A stretch of DNA of 64,000 bases from contig CAVUWD010000016.1 of assembly GCA_963745025.1 (NCBI GenBank), forward strand, positions 1,077,507 to 1,141,506, read 5' to 3'. This DNA is from an uncultured delta proteobacterium. GTDB lineage: Bacteria > Desulfobacterota > Binatia > JACPRU01. Shown piece after piece: positions 59,497 to 64,000 of this stretch (its first letter is position 1; every line of letters begins with the position of its first letter). The notes under the pieces were generated by a model, which made no database searches, was not told the DNA's origin, and was given only the letters and a program-made list of their open reading frames with translations. Position numbers and translations under genes: made by a program.

Positions 59497-60795
59497 CTAC
59501 GATTCCCCGAAGACCCTCGCGAACAGGACGTCCACGTAGCGCAAAGCGTGCTCGACGTCGATGGTCGAGCGAATCTCCTGCTCGCTCAGCGTGCGGCGGA
59601 TCGCTCGATCACCGAGCGCGAGCGCGAGGAACGTTCCCTGCCCCGAAGACGCCGCGAGCGCGTGCGGTTGAACGAGAGCGTACGCCGCGTCTCGCGAGAG
59701 GCCCTTGCGAACGAGCGCGAGGAGCAGCGACTCCGAGAACAGCGCACCGCCGGTGAGCTCGAGATTGCGCTTCATCGATTCCGGCCGAACCTCCATGCCC
59801 TCGACGACGCCGGTTAGGCGAGCCAGCATGAAGTCCATGGCGATCGTCGCGTCCGGGCCGATCACACGCTCGGCCGAGGAGTGCGAGATGTCACGCTCGT
59901 GCCAGAGCGGTACGTTCTCCAGCGCCACCAGCCCGTAGCCGCGAACCAGGCGGGCGAGGCCGCAGAGGTTCTCCGTCAGGATCGGGTTCCGCTTGTGGGG
60001 CATCGCCGACGATCCCTTCTGCCCGCGCCCGAACGGCTCGAGCACCTCCAGCACCTCGCTCCGCTGCAGGTGACGGATCTCGACCGCGATCCGCTCGATC
60101 GAAGAGGCCAAGAGCGCGAGCGCCGAAAAGAATGCGGCGTGGCGATCTCTCGGGACCACTTGCGTCGCGAGCGGTTCGGGCTCGAGCCCGAGCCGCTCGC
60201 AGACGTAACGCTCGACGTCGGGGCTCGAGTGCGCGAAGGTGCCGACCGCACCCGACAGCTTCCCGTACGCGATCTCCGTGCGCGCCCGCGACAGCCGCTC
60301 CCGATCGCGCGCGAGCTCGGCGTACCAGTGAGCGAGTTTGAGCCCGAGCGTGATCGGCTCGGCGTGAATCCCGTGGGTGCGGCCGATCATCGGCAGCTGC
60401 TTGTGATGGAAGGCCTGCGCGCGAACCACCTCGAGCAGTCGATCGAGATCGACGAGCAGCCGATCGGCCGCTTCCTTCAACTGCACGGCGTAGGCGGTAT
60501 CCATCACGTCCGACGACGTCATGCCGAGGTGCAGGTAGCGGACCGGGTCGCCGCCCTCTTCGGCGACCGCCGAGAGGAACGCGATCACCTCGTGCTGCGA
60601 GGTCCTCTCGAGCTCGCGGATGCGCGCGACATCGATCGGAGGGAGCTTGCGGAGCTTCTCGATCGCCGCCCGGGGCACCTCGCCGCGCTCGGCGAGCGCT
60701 TCGGCGGCGAGCACCTCGATCTCAAGCCAGAGAGCGAACTTGCGCTCCTCGGACCAGATTGCCGCCATCTCCGGCCGAGAATATCGGTCGATCAC
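59497..60795 (-). CDS. purB: Adenylosuccinate lyase
   Basis: IDRYSRPEM, HLGMTSSD, GRTHGIHAEP, GSSAMPHKRNP, WHERDISHSS. Confidence 0.97.
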   Translation of the reverse strand: MIDRYSRPEMAAIWSEERKFALWLEIEVLAAEALAERGEVPRAAIEKLRKLPPIDVARIRELERTSQHEVIAFLSAVAEEGGDPVRYLHLGMTSSDVMDTAYAVQLKEAADRLLVDLDRLLEVVRAQAFHHKQLPMIGRTHGIHAEPITLGLKLAHWYAELARDRERLSRARTEIAYGKLSGAVGTFAHSSPDVERYVCERLGLEPEPLATQVVPRDRHAAFFSALALLASSIERIAVEIRHLQRSEVLEVLEPFGRGQKGSSAMPHKRNPILTENLCGLARLVRGYGLVALENVPLWHERDISHSSAERVIGPDATIAMDFMLARLTGVVEGMEVRPESMKRNLELTGGALFSESLLLALVRKGLSRDAAYALVQPHALAASSGQGTFLALALGDRAIRRTLSEQEIRSTIDVEHALRYVDVLFARVFGES

Positions 60796-61031
60796 GTCCG
60801 TCTTCTAGCGGGAAACGCCCGAAAGGACGAGGGGCCCTCGACGAATCGGCGGCTGCTGAAGTGCTTTGCAACCTGTGTCCGAAGACAATTCCGAAGGGGG
60901 TTACGAAGGTAACCACCTTTCCGCCTTTCCGGTGCCCGCGTTGCAAAACCGCGAGCCCTGTGGGCTACCGTGCGCGCACGCACCACCGAAGGACTCGGCA
61001 GCCGATGCTGAACCTTGAAGCGAACCTTCGT

Positions 61032-61074
61032 TCTCGGACGCCGGCACTTCCCCATCTCTGCGCTGCTTTGACGG
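61032..61074 (+). repeat. Dispersed repeat copy D
   Basis: TCTCGGACGCCGGCACTTCCCCATCTCTGCGCTGCTTTGACGG, close to the reverse complement of 6198-6241. Confidence 0.8.
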
Positions 61075-61111
61075 TTGACCGGCCGGCGCGCCGGCGCAAG
61101 AGTCTGCGCCC

Positions 61112-61507
61112 ATGACGGAGACGACGCCGGCACCCGAGGGCCTCGTACGGCTCACACACGTCATCTACGGCCTGCACGCCTTCAGCGCGGTCATGGGTAT
61201 CGTGTCATCGGCCGCCGTCGTGACGGCCTTCCTCACCGGCTGGCCGTCGATCCTCGCCGTGATCCTCAACTACGTGAAGCGCGGCGACGTACGCGGAACG
61301 TACCTCGAGTCGCACTTCCGGTGGCAGATCCGGACGTTCTGGTGGGCATGCTTCTGGCTGCTCGCGGCGATCGCGCTCGTGCTCACGATCATCGGGATCC
61401 CGCTCGCGTGGCTCATCATCGTCGCGACGGGGATCTGGGTGCTGTACCGGATCGTGCGGGGGTGGGTGGTGCTAAACGAGGGGCGGGCGATGGCGGTGGA
61501 TGGATGA
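61112..61507 (+). CDS. DUF4870-like membrane protein
   Basis: THVIYGL, IL.YVKR.D..GT..ESHFRWQIRTFWW, WVLYRIVRG. Confidence 0.85.
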   Translation: MTETTPAPEGLVRLTHVIYGLHAFSAVMGIVSSAAVVTAFLTGWPSILAVILNYVKRGDVRGTYLESHFRWQIRTFWWACFWLLAAIALVLTIIGIPLAWLIIVATGIWVLYRIVRGWVVLNEGRAMAVDG

Positions 61508-61602
61508 TGCGAGGCAACGATTCCGGCCGGTGGCTTTGAGACTTTCGTAGGGGGGCTTTTCCGTCCATTCTTCAATGATGCGGCCGCTACGCCGACGGCC
61601 TC

Positions 61603-61965
61603 TCAACAGGTGACGTGAAATAGTCCGATCACGGGTCCCTTGGCGTCGTTCCAGCATCGCGTCGCGGTCGGAGTCGGTTCCAGTTCGACCAAGCACCCCT
61701 TCCGCTTGAAATACTCCGCCGCCTCGTCCGAGAGCCTCACGGTGCCGTGCTGCCCTGCACCGATGATCAATCGTTTTGCGCCCTCTTCGTATACGTGCTC
61801 GGCCTCATCCAGCGAGATGGTGTGGGAAGTGCCGTATATTCGTTTGGAGAGCTTCTTCTTCCGCTTCCTCACCTTGCCGCTGAGCCGGAGAATCACGTCG
61901 TGGTCGAAGACCGATCCGTCGATCGTGATTGAGCCGAATTGCGTCCGGTCGATCTTGGGTTTCAT
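61603..61965 (-). CDS. Mth938-like domain protein
   Basis: ID...FGSITIDG..FDHDVI, IIGAGQHG, PTP.A...WN, GLFHVTC. Confidence 0.85.
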   Translation of the reverse strand: MKPKIDRTQFGSITIDGSVFDHDVILRLSGKVRKRKKKLSKRIYGTSHTISLDEAEHVYEEGAKRLIIGAGQHGTVRLSDEAAEYFKRKGCLVELEPTPTATRCWNDAKGPVIGLFHVTC

Positions 61966-62012
61966 ATTCACGCACTTCCAGAGCGGGCGTTCTCGCCACG
62001 ATATTCTCTTCT

Positions 62013-63722
62013 TCAGATCGCCATGCGAGCCCTCTTGAGTGCTCGGTACGTCGTATAGCCTCCGGAGAGGTTCCAACACCGATACCCGCGCTGGGTCAGG
62101 AAGCGCGTCGCGTAGTATCCTCTCTGCCCTACCGCACAGCAGAGCCAGAGGTCGCGATCTTTTGGCAGCTCGAGGTAACGGGAACGCAGCTGTGAGAGCG
62201 GTAGGTTGATCGCGTTTTGAATGTGCCCGCCGGCGAACTCCTCGGCCTCACGTACGTCGAGCAACAACGCGTCGGCGCGGCTTAGCTTCGACCAGTCGGC
62301 CACGGGCATGTCGCCGTTCAGCACGTTCTCAGCAAGCATTCCGGCGAGATTAACGGGATCCTTCGCCGCGCCAAACTGGGGTGCGTAGCACAGCTCCGCC
62401 TCGGCGAGATCGTGCACGGTGCCATGGAACTGGATCGCAGTCGCGATGACGTCGATCCGCTTTTCCACGCCTTCAAGCCCGACCGCTTGCGCGCCGAGAA
62501 TGCGGCCGTCGGGCACCGAGAAGAGAACCTTCAAGTGAATCGCCTGTGCACCGGGGTAGTAGCCGGCATGATGACCCGGGTGGAGATACACCTTCTCGAA
62601 GCTTGTGACGCCGGCGCGCTGCAGTCCTTTCTCACTGGCACCGGTCGACGCCACAGTGAGTCCCAACACACCCACCACGGCGGTCGCCTGCACACCGCGG
62701 AAATGCGGCGCACGCCCGGCGATCGACTCGGCGGCAACTCGCCCTTGACGATTCGCCGGCCCCGCCAGCGGCAACACGGTTTCTTGACCCGTGAGCACGT
62801 CTTGCACTTCGATGGCATCACCCGCCGCCCAGATGTGCGGATCCGAAGTGCGCATCTGAGGATCGACGACGATGCCGCCTCGAGGGCCGATCTGCAGACC
62901 CGCATTCCTGGCAAGTGCGGTTTCGGGCCGCACCCCGATGGCCAGGATGACGAGATCGGCGGACAAGCGTGCACCGCTCTCCGCGATGACGATCAAGCCG
63001 CCGTCGGCGCGCGCTTCGATGCTCAGAAGCCCATCCCCCAGATGAAGTTGCACGCCCTTCGCGGCGAGGTGCTCCATAAGCGGTATCGCCATCTCAGGGT
63101 CCAGTGGCGGCATCACCTGCGGCAGCTTCTCCAGGATTGCGACTGACAGCTCGCGATGGATCAAGTTCTCGACCATCTCCAAGCCGATGAATCCGCCACC
63201 GACGACGACTGCTGTCTTCGCGTCGCGGTCGGCAATCCAAGAACGGATGCGGCGCGAATCGGGAATGCTCCGCACCGCAAACACGCCTGGCAACTCGACT
63301 CCCGGCAACGGCGGGCGGATCGGCGCCGCCCCGGGCGATAGCACAAGCGCGTCGTAGCGCTCCGACCGGCTATCACCAGTGCGCACGTCACGCACAGCGA
63401 TCGTACATGTGTTGCGGTCTATAGCCGTGACTTCGGTCTCGGTGTGCACCTCGATATTGAATCGGTCGCGGAACATCTCCCGTGACGCCACCAGCAGCTT
63501 ACTCTCGTCCGCTATGACGTTGCCGACATAGTAAGGCAGCCCGCAATTCGCGAACGAAACATAAGGACCGCGATCGAACATGACGATCTCGAGGGACTCG
63601 TCGAGGCGCCTCAGTCGCGTCGCACAGGACGCGCCCCCCGCCACGCCCCCGACAATGAGCACGCGACGGGGGGTGTTCGTCTTTTGTGAGGAAGGGAATT
63701 GAGAGTTGGCTTGATCGCCCAT
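62013..63722 (-). CDS. CoA-disulfide reductase-like FAD oxidoreductase with C-terminal rhodanese domain
   Basis: IVGGVAGGASCA, SFANCGLPY, GGGFIGLEM, LAGPANRQGR, YAPQF..AKDPVN; rhodanese DVRE..EF..GHI, CAVGQRG. Confidence 0.92.
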   Translation of the reverse strand: MGDQANSQFPSSQKTNTPRRVLIVGGVAGGASCATRLRRLDESLEIVMFDRGPYVSFANCGLPYYVGNVIADESKLLVASREMFRDRFNIEVHTETEVTAIDRNTCTIAVRDVRTGDSRSERYDALVLSPGAAPIRPPLPGVELPGVFAVRSIPDSRRIRSWIADRDAKTAVVVGGGFIGLEMVENLIHRELSVAILEKLPQVMPPLDPEMAIPLMEHLAAKGVQLHLGDGLLSIEARADGGLIVIAESGARLSADLVILAIGVRPETALARNAGLQIGPRGGIVVDPQMRTSDPHIWAAGDAIEVQDVLTGQETVLPLAGPANRQGRVAAESIAGRAPHFRGVQATAVVGVLGLTVASTGASEKGLQRAGVTSFEKVYLHPGHHAGYYPGAQAIHLKVLFSVPDGRILGAQAVGLEGVEKRIDVIATAIQFHGTVHDLAEAELCYAPQFGAAKDPVNLAGMLAENVLNGDMPVADWSKLSRADALLLDVREAEEFAGGHIQNAINLPLSQLRSRYLELPKDRDLWLCCAVGQRGYYATRFLTQRGYRCWNLSGGYTTYRALKRARMAI

Positions 63723-63733
63723 ATGAACTCCGA

Positions 63734-64000
63734 TCAGAAAAGCGGCGCCCATGGTACCAGGCCGGCAACCGTATCGACGGGGTTCAGCACCATGTGGCCC
63801 GCCGCAAGAACAGGTCGAGCTGCGGCGTGAGCGGCAGCCGTGGCGAATGTCGCGGTCTTGCTCTGCCGATCGAGCTCATCGAGCGCCCCGATCTCTGCCA
63901 CGCGGATCGGCAGCATGCCCGAACGGCGCGGCTCGAAGTCGTCGAAGTCGCTCTGGATCACCGGCTCATGTCGCCATCCGGCGGCCGAGAGCGGAAGGCC
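63734..64000 (-). pseudogene. Truncated hypothetical gene, 5' end outside window
   Basis: Protein-like IQSDF..FE...MLPIRVAEI.AL.EL...SKT..FA, ending abruptly upstream of the reductase. Confidence 0.3.

Overview
High-GC bacterial window. The many luciferase-like (LLM) oxidoreductases and adenylate/guanylate-cyclase-STAND genes suggest a Binatia/Myxococcota-like soil organism, but this is inference only. The window has three zones. (1) About 1-38.9 kb is an accessory mosaic: intact genes (five LLM oxidoreductases, amidase, ketopantoate reductase, SRAP, methyltransferase, crotonase, DoxX, DUF1326/DUF2182, MscS, cupins, MsrB, Uup) are mixed with frameshifted genes and more than 15 short gene shards. 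These include a decayed Sec-containing reductase with a clear SECIS hairpin, three shards of the same cyclase segment, two integrase shards and a dispersed 45-70 bp repeat family. (2) 38,905-48,843 is a ~9.9 kb integrase-less island bounded by a perfect 55-bp direct repeat of the tRNA-Gly(GCC) 3' end. It carries a tightly coupled operon: atypical cytochrome P450, membrane protein, DyP peroxidase, then cyclase-STAND-TPR, plus a patatin shard. This is the best candidate for an undescribed system, possibly lipid-peroxide/oxylipin chemistry linked to cyclic-nucleotide signalling. (3) About 48.8-64 kb is intact core genome: tRNA-Gly, pgsA, nadB, galK, purB-C-S-Q-L-F and a CoA-disulfide reductase-rhodanese. 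A highly structured ~340-bp insert between purS and purQ keeps an open frame coupled to both genes. All product calls come from motif recognition by eye; no database searches were run.
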